Shown here: positions 18,408 to 28,209 of the stretch, in pieces | Layout: each line of letters begins with the position of its first letter | How positions within the stretch are numbered: the stretch's first letter is position 1 | Assembly (NCBI GenBank): GCA_963754315.1 | Contig: CAVWFS010000019.1 | Coordinates: forward strand, 849,640 to 913,639 | Source: an uncultured Candidatus Rokubacteria bacterium | GTDB lineage: Bacteria > Methylomirabilota > Methylomirabilia > Rokubacteriales > CSP1-6 | Direction of reading: 5' to 3' | Length of the DNA stretch: 64,000 nucleotides | Position numbers and translations under genes: made by a program | The notes under the pieces: model-generated | Seen by the model: the letters and a program-made list of their open reading frames with translations, nothing else | The model's database searches: none | What the model was told of the DNA's origin: nothing

Positions 18408-19781
18408 GTGCTCAGAGTATTCGGACACTACTTACCGGCGATCGCAGTCGTCTCAATCCTGGGGGACCTGGTCACCCTGACCGCATCTGTCCTCCTTGCT
18501 TCACAATCCGCGGGATGGATCGGCACGGGGCCGCTCTGGCCTAAGGCCCTTGCCGTGTGCGGTATCACGGTCTTCAGCATCTATGTCACTGATCTCTATC
18601 GAACCGATTCACGTCTGAACAGGCGCGAGCTGGTCGCGCGGCTGGTGGTCGCTCTGCTCGCAAGCGCGCTGGTTATGGCCGCGCTTGGTTTTGCTGTCCC
18701 CGCCCTGCGTTTCAGCCGCTCTGCCTTTGTCCAGATCTTCAGCGCCTTCGCGATCGGCCTTGTTCCCTGGCGAATTGTCTTGCACCGGATCTGTCTGAAT
18801 GGTCGCCTGCACGCGCGCGTCCTCGTGCTCGGGCTCAGCCGCGCGGCCGGGCGACTCGTCGAGCTGCGGACGACCGGCTCGCAACCCTTCGTGATCCTCG
18901 GCTTCCTGGATGACGCTCCCGATGCCCATGACAAGCTGCCCGCGGGGACGGAGCTCCTCGGTAAGCCGCGGGATCTCCTGAATCTCGTCGACGAGCTACG
19001 GCCAGACCTCATCGTCGTCGCTCTCTCCGACATGCGGGGAGCATTGCCGACGAGTGATCTACTCGAATGCCGCCTGCGTGGAATTCGGGTTGAGGAGTGG
19101 CCGACATTTTTTGAGAAGCAGACGGGGAGGGTGCTGGTCACCGATCTCCGACCGAGCTGGCTCATATTCTCCGATGGCTTCGTTTCGATCCAGATCACGC
19201 AGACGTTGAAGAAGGTTCTGGATCTTACCCTCGCCCTCTCCCTTCTCGTCCTCACACTGCCCCTCATGCTGCTGGTGGCAGTCTCCATCAGGCTCGATTC
19301 CAAGGGGCCGATCCTATTCCGCCAGCCCCGGGTCGGTCACAACAGCCGCATCTTCATGATCAACAAGTTCCGTTCGATGCGAGACAACGCCGAACGTGAA
19401 TCGGGGGCCGTGTGGGCTACCGCCGGCGATCCTCGGGTGACCCGAGTCGGTCGCATCATCCGGCGGACGCGGCTCGATGAGCTGCCGCAGCTCTTCAACG
19501 TGCTCCTGGGAGAAATGAGCTTCGTGGGACCCCGCCCAGAGCGGCCCGAATTCGTGCGCACGCTTCACCGACAGATCCCTTTCTACTCAGGCCGGCTTGC
19601 CGTCAAGCCAGGCATCACCGGATGGGCCCAGGTCCGTCATCACTATGCGGCCTCGGTCGAGGATGCGATGGAAAAGCTTCAGTACGACCTCTACTACATC
19701 AAGAACCTGTCCCCCTTCTTGGACATTCTCATCCTCCTCAGCACGATTCAGGTCGTGCTCTTCGCGCGAGGAGCACGCTAA
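18408..19781 (+). CDS. exopolysaccharide biosynthesis polyprenyl glycosylphosphotransferase (bacterial sugar transferase; EpsB/WbaP-like, PEP-CTERM-system associated)
   Basis: Multiple N-terminal TM helices. C-terminal Bac_transf domain '[31 protein letters not shown]...[10 protein letters not shown]'. N-terminus '[10 protein letters not shown]' typical of this family. Confidence 0.85.
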   Translation: MLRVFGHYLPAIAVVSILGDLVTLTASVLLASQSAGWIGTGPLWPKALAVCGITVFSIYVTDLYRTDSRLNRRELVARLVVALLASALVMAALGFAVPALRFSRSAFVQIFSAFAIGLVPWRIVLHRICLNGRLHARVLVLGLSRAAGRLVELRTTGSQPFVILGFLDDAPDAHDKLPAGTELLGKPRDLLNLVDELRPDLIVVALSDMRGALPTSDLLECRLRGIRVEEWPTFFEKQTGRVLVTDLRPSWLIFSDGFVSIQITQTLKKVLDLTLALSLLVLTLPLMLLVAVSIRLDSKGPILFRQPRVGHNSRIFMINKFRSMRDNAERESGAVWATAGDPRVTRVGRIIRRTRLDELPQLFNVLLGEMSFVGPRPERPEFVRTLHRQIPFYSGRLAVKPGITGWAQVRHHYAASVEDAMEKLQYDLYYIKNLSPFLDILILLSTIQVVLFARGAR

Positions 19782-19785
19782 GCCG

Positions 19786-22059
19786 ATGGATCAGTGGCGT
19801 CTCGCTCATCGCATCGCCCTCGGGATCCTTCGCCGGCGCAAGACCCTCGCCGTGGTCACCTTCCTCTTGGCTGTGCTGGTGACCTTTCCCGCCGCCTATT
19901 ATCTGTCACATGAACCGCCTCGATACCAGGCGGTGGCCACGATTCTGCTCGAGGTCAAGCCCGATCGCGTCCCCCTCTTTCAGGAACTCTCGCCCATGCG
20001 GCCGCTGTCGGTCCAGATGGCCATCCTCCGCAGCCGGTCGCTCGCCGAGAGCGTCCTCAGCAGCCTGCCTCGAGCGTCGGTCCAAGATTTGACCGACAAC
20101 CTGTACTACGTCGATTACCTCCAGAAGCTCGTGAACCTCTATCATCGGCTGCTCGGAGTGCCACCGGTTACTTCGAGCTCACGCGGGGAGGCGGTGGCGG
20201 AGCTCCAGGGCGGGCGGATGAAGTTCGTTCCCCTCGGTGACGGCCTCGTGTCGGTCTCGGCCATCGCGTCCAAACCGGAGATCGCGGTGGACCTCGCTCA
20301 AACCTACATCGAGGTCCTTCTCGGCCGGACGCGAACGTTCAACATCGACGATGCGCGAGTGTCGCGAGAGTTCCTCGAGCAGCAGGTCGCCGACGTCAAG
20401 AAGAAGCTGCAGGCGAGCGAAGAATCGCTGCGCGTCTTCACCTCCTCCCACGGCGGCATCAAGGTTCCCGAGCAAAGCCAGGCGACGACTACCCAGCTCT
20501 CCCAGGCCGAGACGGCGCTGGCCGAGGTGCAAGCTAACCGGAAAATGATTGAATCCAGGCTAGCCGGGCTCCGCGAGAAGGTTGAGCAGCAGAAGCGGAC
20601 GCCATCCCCGGCCGTCTCGCTTGGCCCGGCCAGCACGCCGACGCCGTCCAGTGCGGCATCGCCTGAAGTGAGGCGATTGCGCGATCAGCTTGAACAGCTC
20701 GAGACGACGCTGCTCGATCTCCGCATGCGATTCACGGACGAGCATCCGCGGGTCAGACCCGTCAAGGACAAGCTCGCTGAGTTACGGAGCCAGCTCGGGA
20801 GTGCTGTCAAAGAGAGCACGATCGTCACGCCCATGGTAGGAGCGGTACCACCCTCGGAGAGGGTCAACTTTTCAGAGCAGCTCGTCGCTCTGGAAACCTC
20901 TCTGCTGGCCATGACCGCGCAGGAGGAGGCTTTACGCAAGCAAGCCGACACCCTGCGCGCCAGCCTCGCGGGATTGTCGCGAAGCGAGCTGGCCTACAGC
21001 CGTCTGGGACGTGAAGTCGACAGCAACCGTAACCTCTACTCTCTTCTCTCGGAAAAGCTCACCGCCGCCCGTATTCGGGAGCAGGGTGAGATGAAGGTCG
21101 TGAAAGTCATTGACCCGCCGGAGCTCGGGGTGAGCGCGAGCAACGACAAGCGCTTTAAGTTCCTGACCCTCGCGGCGGGCCTGGCCCTGCTCGTGGGGGG
21201 CGGGGTGCCCGTGGCCGCCGAGCTTCTCGGCAAGCACATCGAGTCGGAGGATGATGTTCATCAGGCGACCGATTTGCAGGTCATCGCCCTCGTCCCGCAT
21301 CGCCGCTCGGGCCGCCCCGTATTCACGGCAATCGCCGGCCTCGAAAGACCCCGCCAGTCCGAGAACGATATTATATTCAGCGAGGCGTTTCGATCCCTCC
21401 GGGTAGCCGTCCAGCTTGCTATGCGCTCGGACAACGTCCGCAGTCTTCTTATCGCCAGCGCGTCCCCCGGCGACGGCAAGACCACCGTGTTGATCAACCT
21501 CGGACTGGCCTTCAACGAGGGCGGAACGCACGTGGTGCTCGCCGATACCGATTTTCTTCGGCCAACGCTGCACAGCAGTATGCACGTGCCATCCACGGCC
21601 GGATTGGGTGAGGTCTTGCGGGCCGAGCGAACGCTCGATGACTCGCTTTTCCTGGTCGCCGACGGGCTGTGGGTGGCGGCCCCCGCCCACGGTATCGATG
21701 CCAGCGTCCGGGGGAGTCTTGCCACCAGCCGTCTGAAGGCCCTCGTCGGCGAGATGGCGACGAAGGCCGAGCTCGTGATCTGTGATTCGCCGCCGGTCCT
21801 CGCCGCCCCCGAGAGCCTCTTTCTGGGGTCTGCTGTCGACGCCGTCATCTTGGTCGTCAAGGCCGGTCGAACAAGCTTCCGGGACCTGGCCCGCACTAAG
21901 CGGAAGCTCGAAAGCGTCGGCGCCAGAATCCTGGGCGTGGTGATCAACGATTTGCCAGCCGCGACCCTGCGGCGGACGTATCGACGGTATGCCGCCAGCT
22001 ATCAGAAGGATAACGCCATGGTCAGGAAGATCGGCCCTTCGCAACCGCCGCATGAATGA
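19786..22059 (+). CDS. polysaccharide chain-length determinant fused to Wzc-type tyrosine autokinase (PEP-CTERM-locus ChnLen + TyrKin)
   Basis: Wzz-like N-terminal TM + long coiled-coil periplasmic region + second TM. C-terminal P-loop ATPase 'LLIASASPGDGKTTVLINLGLAF...VLADTDFLRPTLH...VICDSPPVLAAPE'. Start at ATG (M64 of track ORF) 4 bp after upstream stop. Confidence 0.85.
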   Translation: MDQWRLAHRIALGILRRRKTLAVVTFLLAVLVTFPAAYYLSHEPPRYQAVATILLEVKPDRVPLFQELSPMRPLSVQMAILRSRSLAESVLSSLPRASVQDLTDNLYYVDYLQKLVNLYHRLLGVPPVTSSSRGEAVAELQGGRMKFVPLGDGLVSVSAIASKPEIAVDLAQTYIEVLLGRTRTFNIDDARVSREFLEQQVADVKKKLQASEESLRVFTSSHGGIKVPEQSQATTTQLSQAETALAEVQANRKMIESRLAGLREKVEQQKRTPSPAVSLGPASTPTPSSAASPEVRRLRDQLEQLETTLLDLRMRFTDEHPRVRPVKDKLAELRSQLGSAVKESTIVTPMVGAVPPSERVNFSEQLVALETSLLAMTAQEEALRKQADTLRASLAGLSRSELAYSRLGREVDSNRNLYSLLSEKLTAARIREQGEMKVVKVIDPPELGVSASNDKRFKFLTLAAGLALLVGGGVPVAAELLGKHIESEDDVHQATDLQVIALVPHRRSGRPVFTAIAGLERPRQSENDIIFSEAFRSLRVAVQLAMRSDNVRSLLIASASPGDGKTTVLINLGLAFNEGGTHVVLADTDFLRPTLHSSMHVPSTAGLGEVLRAERTLDDSLFLVADGLWVAAPAHGIDASVRGSLATSRLKALVGEMATKAELVICDSPPVLAAPESLFLGSAVDAVILVVKAGRTSFRDLARTKRKLESVGARILGVVINDLPAATLRRTYRRYAASYQKDNAMVRKIGPSQPPHE

Positions 22060-22187
22060 CCACTGCCTGGCGACTGTTACCGGTCACCGTGCCATCGCCG
22101 TTAGCCTCAGCGGTCGCGGAGCAGCCGCATCGTCGACGTGCGGAGCATGCTGGGTGGCAACCGTCGTCGCATCGTGACCGTCTAAGC

Positions 22188-23042
22188 ATGCGCAACGCGC
22201 TCACCTTTGACGTCGAGGAGTACTTCCACGTGGAGGCATTCAAGGACATCATCGAGACCGACCGGTGGGCCAGCCTTGAGTCGCGGGTCGTGGCGAGCAC
22301 ACACCGGGTGCTCGATCTCCTCGAGGCGCGCCACGTGTCGGCGACGTTTTTTGTCCTCGGTTGGGTCGCCGACCGGCACCGGGCTCTCGTGCGCGAAATC
22401 CAGTCGCGAGGCCACGAGGTGGCTTGCCACAGCTACGCGCACCAGGTGATCTACACCATGGACCGTGAGGCTTTCCGGGCCGACGTACGCCGGGCGAAGC
22501 AAGCCCTCGAGGACGCGACGGGGGCCACGGTCCTAGGCTATCGGGCGCCCACGTTCTCTGTGGTGGAGCAGACGCTGTGGGCGCTCGAAGTCCTCGCCGA
22601 AGAGGGCTTTCGCTACGACTCGAGCATCTTCCCGATACGTCACGACCGTTATGGAATGTCCCAGGCGCCTCGCTTCCCGCACCGTGTGTCCTTGCCGAGC
22701 GGCGGAAGGATAGTGGAGTTCCCTGTGTCAACTATGAGGGTGGTAGGGCAGAACGTGCCCTTCTCGGGCGGGGGGTACTTTCGGGTAGCACCGTATCCTC
22801 TTGTCCGGGCTGCCTTACGCCATGTCAACCGGCGCGACCGGCTGGCAGCCATGGTCTATCTCCATCCTTGGGAGATGGACCCGGAGCAACCACGCTTTCC
22901 GGTCGGGGCGGTAGCACGCGTACGCCACTACGCCAACCTTGGCCAGACAGCCGCCAAGCTCGACCGCCTGCTTCAGGACTTCTCCTTCGCTCCGGCCTGT
23001 CAGGTGCTCGGCGAGCAGGGCTTCTGGGAGGTCACCGCGTGA
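22188..23042 (+). CDS. polysaccharide deacetylase family protein, PEP-CTERM-locus subfamily (XrtA-associated)
   Basis: N-terminus 'MRNALTFDVEEYFHVEAF...' and overall NodB-like core + C-terminal extension, characteristic of exosortase-locus deacetylases. Start at M45 of track ORF. Confidence 0.8.
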   Translation: MRNALTFDVEEYFHVEAFKDIIETDRWASLESRVVASTHRVLDLLEARHVSATFFVLGWVADRHRALVREIQSRGHEVACHSYAHQVIYTMDREAFRADVRRAKQALEDATGATVLGYRAPTFSVVEQTLWALEVLAEEGFRYDSSIFPIRHDRYGMSQAPRFPHRVSLPSGGRIVEFPVSTMRVVGQNVPFSGGGYFRVAPYPLVRAALRHVNRRDRLAAMVYLHPWEMDPEQPRFPVGAVARVRHYANLGQTAAKLDRLLQDFSFAPACQVLGEQGFWEVTA

Positions 23043-24134
23043 ACATCGTCACCGTGGTGGGCGCCCGCCCGAACTTCGTGAAGATCGCCCCGATCATGGT
23101 CGAGTTGGGCCGCTGTCCGGAGCTATCTTCGATGTCTGATTCACACCGGTCAGCACTACGACGGGCCTATGTCCGAGCAGTTCTTCGCCGATCTCGACTA
23201 TCCGGCCTCCCGACATCAACCTCGAGGTGGGCTCCGGCTCACACGCCGCTCAGATCGCCGAGGTCATGCGGGGCTCGAACCCGTGCTGGAGCGTCTGCGC
23301 CCTGATATGGTGCTGGTGGTCGGAGACGTGAACTCGACATTCGCCGCGGCCATCATCGCGGTCAAGATGAGCATTCCCGTTGCCCACGTCGAAGCCGGTC
23401 TCCGAAGCTTCGATCGCACGCATGCCGGAGGAGATCAACAGGATCCTGACCGATGCTGTCGCGGACTGCTCTTCGCCACCGAGGAGACCGCGCAGACGCA
23501 ACCTGGCCGCGGAGGGCGTCGCCCCAGAGCAGCATCCATTTCGTCGGCAACGTCATGATCGATACGCTCTTGCCGCTTCAAGACCAAGGCGTCGGCCTCA
23601 CGAATTCTCGAGGAGCTCGGCCTCGCCCACCGCGGATTCGTGGTGTTGACTCTACATCGTCCGAGCAACGTGGACAGTTCGGAGGCGCTGCAGCGCCTGC
23701 TCGGTGCCCTCGCCTGCATCGGCTCCGATGTGCCCATTGTCTTTCCGGTTCATCCAAGGACGTGGCCGCGGCTGAAACGAGCACAGTCGACGACGGCCAT
23801 CGCCCGTGGCCTCAGGTTGATCGATCCACTGTCCTATCTCGACTTCATCAAGCTCATGAGCAGCGCTGTCTGCGTGCTGACCGACTCCGGCGGCATCCAG
23901 GAGGAAACCACGGCTCTCGGCATCCCCTGCCTGACCCTTCGCACCACCACGGAGCGACCGGTGACGACCACGTGCGGTACCAATCGAGTCGTGGGGCTCG
24001 ACCCCGAGAGGATCGCGCGGGCATGGGATGAGGTCCGCGACGGACAATGGCCGCGCGGAAACATCCCGGAACTGTGGGACGGACGGACTGCCGAGCGAAT
24101 TGTGCGCATTCTACGCGGGCGAGAGAGGAACTGA
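23039..24134 (+). pseudogene. wecB: UDP-N-acetylglucosamine 2-epimerase (non-hydrolysing) gene, heavily frameshifted (>=5 frame changes in 1.1 kb)
   Basis: Conserved WecB blocks appear in order but across track ORFs in different frames (23039 frame, 23169..23558, 23380..23649, 23453..24031, 23640..24134). The blocks are 'VNIVTVVGARPNFVKIAPIMVEL', 'LIHTGQHYDGPMSEQFFADL', 'PDINLEVGSGSHAAQIAEVM', 'LEPVLERLRPDMVLVVGDVNSTFAAAIIAVKMSIPVAHVEAGLRSFDRT', 'MPEEINRILTDAVAD', 'IHFVGNVMIDTLL', 'VLTLHRPSNVDS...VFPVHPRTWPRL...VLTDSGGIQEETTALGIPCLTLRTTTERP'. Confidence 0.7.
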
Positions 24135-24143
24135 GAGCATCCG

Positions 24144-25166
24144 ATGGAAATCGTCGAACTTCGGGGGGAGACGCTGGAGTGGGATACTTTCGTGAGAACC
24201 TCCCCCGCTGGCAGTCCGTTTCACCTGGTGCGATGGCGACGCGCGGTCGAGGACGCCTTCGGGCATCGCGCGCATTACCTGATGGCCCGCGACGGTGGCC
24301 GTCTTGAGGGCATTCTTCCCCTCTTCGAGGTCACCGGGCTGCTGGGCGGTCGGGCCTTAATCTCTATCCCGTACGCTGTCTACGGCGGGCTATGCGCCAA
24401 CTCGCCGGCCGCGGGCCGAGAGCTTCTGGAGGCCGCCACCGCCCTCGCCAGGGAGCGCAAAGCCGCCTACATCGAACTGCGCCAGCGGCAGGACCTCGGT
24501 CTCGACCTTCCCACCAAAGCTCTCTACGTCACCTTCGTTCGTCAGATTTCGGACAGCGAGGAGGCCAACTTCCAGATCATTCCTCGCAAGCAGCGGCGAA
24601 TGGTTCGTCAAGGGGCCAAGCACGGGCTGCGCGTGGAAATCAGCCCGGATCACTTTGACGCCTTCTATGACATCTACGCGCGTAGCCTGCACAACCTTGG
24701 CTCACCCGTGTTCCCCCGCGCGCTGCTGCGCGGTGTTCTCGCCCACTTCGATAAGGACTGCGACCTCCTTACCGTCTGGCATGGAAATCGCATGGTTGCG
24801 GGTGTCATGAGCCTCTACTACGAGGACGCAGTGATGCCCTACTACGGGGGCGCGAGGCAGGAGGCGTTCACATACGCCGTCAACGACTTCATGTATTGGG
24901 AGCTGATGTGCCATGCCGCCAGGCGGGGCTGCCGTCTCTTCGACTTCGGCCGAAGCCGCGAGGGGACGGGCCCCTACCACTTCAAGCGACACTGGGGCTT
25001 CGAGCCAGCTCCTCTTCCCTACCAATACGTCATGCTGCGCGAGGGTGCCTTGCCCAACCTCAGCCCGTCTAATCCCAGGTTCCAGCTCGCCACTCGTGTG
25101 TGGAAACGGTTACCCCTCTCGGTCACCAAGGCCGTGGGCCCCCTCCTCGCCCGCCACCTACCATAA
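24144..25166 (+). CDS. FemAB-family protein, PEP-CTERM system-associated (GNAT-fold aminoacyl/peptidyl transferase-like)
   Basis: 340 aa. N-terminus 'MEIVELRGETLEWDTFV...SPFHLVRWRRAVEDAFGHRAHYL' and overall FemAB-like length/organisation as found in exosortase loci. Confidence 0.7.
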   Translation: MEIVELRGETLEWDTFVRTSPAGSPFHLVRWRRAVEDAFGHRAHYLMARDGGRLEGILPLFEVTGLLGGRALISIPYAVYGGLCANSPAAGRELLEAATALARERKAAYIELRQRQDLGLDLPTKALYVTFVRQISDSEEANFQIIPRKQRRMVRQGAKHGLRVEISPDHFDAFYDIYARSLHNLGSPVFPRALLRGVLAHFDKDCDLLTVWHGNRMVAGVMSLYYEDAVMPYYGGARQEAFTYAVNDFMYWELMCHAARRGCRLFDFGRSREGTGPYHFKRHWGFEPAPLPYQYVMLREGALPNLSPSNPRFQLATRVWKRLPLSVTKAVGPLLARHLP

Positions 25167-25252
25167 GCCGTGCGGATCCGCGCGCTCGCCAATCGTTCGC
25201 TGTTCGCTGTCGGGGTCGTAGCCGCCTTGCCTGTAGCCATCGAGCTGCCATC

Positions 25253-26359
25253 ATGAAGGTTCGATTCATCACCTCGCTACGCGAGTTCGACGCCCTGGCG
25301 CCGATCTGGCAAGAGATCACGCGGGCCAGCGGGCAGACATCGCCCTTCGTGAGCCACGACTGGTTTGCGTGCTGCTGGAGGGCGGCCGGACCCAACCGCC
25401 ACCGAGAAGTCTGGCTTCTCGAGGATGCTGCGGGCCCCGTCGCGCTAATTCCGCTGGTCAAGCTGAGGAGTCGTACACGCGGTTTAAGCGTGCGAACGAT
25501 CCGTCTCCTCGATTCTCCCGATACGCCCTTCGTGGACTTCCCGGTCGCCCGAGGGATCGACGAGGTTATGTCGGTGTTTCTCGACTCGCTTCGACAGCGG
25601 CGGGACTGGGACGTCTTTTCGATCAGTAAGCTGCCCATCCATTCCATGCTTTATAAGGTTCTGGAGGCGACCCTACCCGGGCAATTTCCATGGCGGATTG
25701 CCGGCAGAGAGCAGTCCCCCCACCTGGCGATCTCCGGCACGTGGGACGATTTCTTACGGCAGAAGAGTCCGCGTTTCCGAAAGACGTTCCGCAACGTCGA
25801 GAACCGGATGGATCGCAGCGGCAAGGTCGCGATCGAAGAGCATCGCGAGGTCGATCCTGATGGGCCGGCCTTCGCCGATGCGCTGGAGGTCTCGCATCAG
25901 AGCTGGAAAGGGCCGAGCGGGGTGGCCATGGCGACGATGGAGGGTATGCCGCGCTTCTTCCGCGAACTCACTCGGCGGGCCAGCGCCAACGGTTGGCTCC
26001 ATCTCTGGATGCTTCGGCTCGACGGGCGTCCCATCGCCACCGAGTATCAGATCGGCGCTGGAGGCAGCCTCCACGCCCTCCGGGCCGATTTCGACGCCGC
26101 CTTCGCCGACTTATCGCCGGGGGCATTCCTCAATGGCTGCATCGTGAAGACACTCTTTCAGCGACGGACCGTCCACGAATACGATATGGGCCCGGGCACC
26201 AACGAGTACAAACTGCGGTGGGCAAGCGGGACCCACGAAGCGGTTGGCATGGAGATCAACGCACCAACTCCGTATGGGCGCCTATTGCACAAGGTTGAAA
26301 CGTGCCTGGTTCCCGCTGCTCGACGGTGGCGCGATCGCCTGGGTCAGGCATGCGGCTGA
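25253..26359 (+). CDS. GNAT-family (Acetyltransf_6/CelD/BioF2-like) acyltransferase
   Basis: 368 aa starting 'MKVRFITSLREFDALAPIWQEI...SPFVSHDWFACCW' (CelD/BioF2-like N-terminus). Start at M52 of track ORF. Confidence 0.6.
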   Translation: MKVRFITSLREFDALAPIWQEITRASGQTSPFVSHDWFACCWRAAGPNRHREVWLLEDAAGPVALIPLVKLRSRTRGLSVRTIRLLDSPDTPFVDFPVARGIDEVMSVFLDSLRQRRDWDVFSISKLPIHSMLYKVLEATLPGQFPWRIAGREQSPHLAISGTWDDFLRQKSPRFRKTFRNVENRMDRSGKVAIEEHREVDPDGPAFADALEVSHQSWKGPSGVAMATMEGMPRFFRELTRRASANGWLHLWMLRLDGRPIATEYQIGAGGSLHALRADFDAAFADLSPGAFLNGCIVKTLFQRRTVHEYDMGPGTNEYKLRWASGTHEAVGMEINAPTPYGRLLHKVETCLVPAARRWRDRLGQACG

Positions 26360-28209
26360 TTGGTGGACTCGTCAACTGGGACAACCAGCGGCCGGTAGGC
26401 CAGTCGAGGCTACGGGCGATGGCGACGGCTGGCGCGCCCGGGGCAGAATCAACTGCCCGGGTCGGCCTCAACGGATCCATGGGACTCTTCAGTGTCCTTG
26501 GCCACTCGAGTCTGGATGACGCGTCCGATATACAGTGGGTCGCTGATCTCGACCTGACCAACCTCGACGAGCTGAGAGCCCTGGCCCAGCCGCCGACCGG
26601 GAACGGCGGCTGGCTAGCCGCCCTTTGGCAGCGCGAAGGGCCGCGCTTCGTCCGCCGCCTCCGTGGAGCCTTCGCACTCGCCCTATGGGATGAGCGTCGG
26701 CGGACCTTGCTTTTGGCCGTCGACCATCTCGGCATACGGCGGCTTCACTACGCGACCGACCATCGCCGGACGGCCTTTGCATCCCGTCCAACCGCTGTAC
26801 TGCGAGAGGCGGATATCGACCGCAGCGTGGATCTGACGGCTATCTACAACTACTTAAACTTCGGGTATATCCCCGCCCCCGGCAGCGCCTTCCGGCACGC
26901 GCATCGTCTCCCGCCGGGCCATCTCCTCCTCGTCCACGACAGCCACGTCACCCTCGAACAGTACTGGGATGTGGCCTTCGAGAAGCGTTCTCTCCACGAG
27001 GGTGAGACGGCCGGGCAGCTGTACCACTTGACAGAGCACGCGGTTCGCACGGCGGTCGGCGGGACCGACTCGCAGGAGCTCGGCGCCTTTCTGAGCGGCG
27101 GAACCGACAGCAGCACGGTGGTGGGTCTCATGACCGCCATCTCCGGTGCCAAGGTCAAGACCTTTTCGATTGGTTTCGGAGAGGAACGTTATAATGAATT
27201 GTCCTATGCCGAGCTGACGGCGAATCATTTCGGGACCGCCCACCATACCCATATCGTCACTCCGCAGGAGGCGTTCAAGCTCCTGCCGGTGCTGGTCGAA
27301 GCGTATGATGAACCGTTCGGGAACAGCTCGGCCATCGGCACCCTCGTGTGTGCCGAACTTGCGCGCGACTTCGGGATACGGATGTTGCTCGCGGGCGACG
27401 GTGGCGACGAGATCTTCGGTGGGAACGAGCGCTACCGCACAGATCGGATCTTCGCGCGCTATGCTCATATGCCGTCGATCTTCCGGCGCCAGATATTCGA
27501 GCCGATTCTCTTCCGCCTACCGGCCGGCGACCACGGGCTGGTGAGGCGTGCTCAACGTTACGTTCGGCGGGCCAGCATGCCGAACCCGCGGCGCTTCTAC
27601 TCGTATGAATTCTTCTTCGCGCAACAGGTCAACGATCTGCTCGATCCGGCCTTCTGCGCTGCTCTCGATGTCGAGGCACCCTGGAATATCCTCGAGGGAC
27701 ACTACGCGCGCACGGGCACCAGCGAGGAGCTGAATCGGCTGCTCTACCTGGACCTCAAGCTCACCATCGGTGACAACGACCTCCTGAAGGTCACGCGCAC
27801 ATGCGAGTTGGCCTCGGTAGGTGTCCGCTTCCCCCTCCTCGACCTTGCCCTCGTCGATTTCACCGGAACGTGGCCGGCACGCTTCAAGGTTCGCGGCCTG
27901 GAGAAGCGTTACCTCTTCAAAAAGACCTTCGCCAAGCTGCTCCCCGCGGCCACCCTGGCTAAGAAAAAGCACGGCTTCGGTGTGCCGACGAGCGCGTGGC
28001 TCAAGGGCGAGCCTGAGTTCATCGCGCTCGCCCGTGACACCCTCCTCAGCTCCCGATGCCGACAACGCGGCTATTTTCGTCAGGGGGCCCTTGAGCATCT
28101 CTTCCAATGTCAGCAGGCTGACGTCACGCCGTACTACGGAAGCATCCTGTGGACGGTATTGATGCTCGAACTCTGGCATCAGCGGCACGTCGACCCGGTG
28201 GCGGCATGA
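26350..28209 (+). CDS. asparagine synthetase-family amidotransferase #1 (exosortase-system associated type); N-terminal Cys nucleophile absent
   Basis: AsnB-like synthetase domain 'LSGGTDSSTVVGLM' (PP-loop SGGxDS). N-terminus reads 'MRLIGG...' rather than 'MCGI...', so the class-II glutaminase Cys2 is missing. Start at M17 of track ORF, overlapping upstream stop. Confidence 0.8.
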   Translation: MRLIGGLVNWDNQRPVGQSRLRAMATAGAPGAESTARVGLNGSMGLFSVLGHSSLDDASDIQWVADLDLTNLDELRALAQPPTGNGGWLAALWQREGPRFVRRLRGAFALALWDERRRTLLLAVDHLGIRRLHYATDHRRTAFASRPTAVLREADIDRSVDLTAIYNYLNFGYIPAPGSAFRHAHRLPPGHLLLVHDSHVTLEQYWDVAFEKRSLHEGETAGQLYHLTEHAVRTAVGGTDSQELGAFLSGGTDSSTVVGLMTAISGAKVKTFSIGFGEERYNELSYAELTANHFGTAHHTHIVTPQEAFKLLPVLVEAYDEPFGNSSAIGTLVCAELARDFGIRMLLAGDGGDEIFGGNERYRTDRIFARYAHMPSIFRRQIFEPILFRLPAGDHGLVRRAQRYVRRASMPNPRRFYSYEFFFAQQVNDLLDPAFCAALDVEAPWNILEGHYARTGTSEELNRLLYLDLKLTIGDNDLLKVTRTCELASVGVRFPLLDLALVDFTGTWPARFKVRGLEKRYLFKKTFAKLLPAATLAKKKHGFGVPTSAWLKGEPEFIALARDTLLSSRCRQRGYFRQGALEHLFQCQQADVTPYYGSILWTVLMLELWHQRHVDPVAA

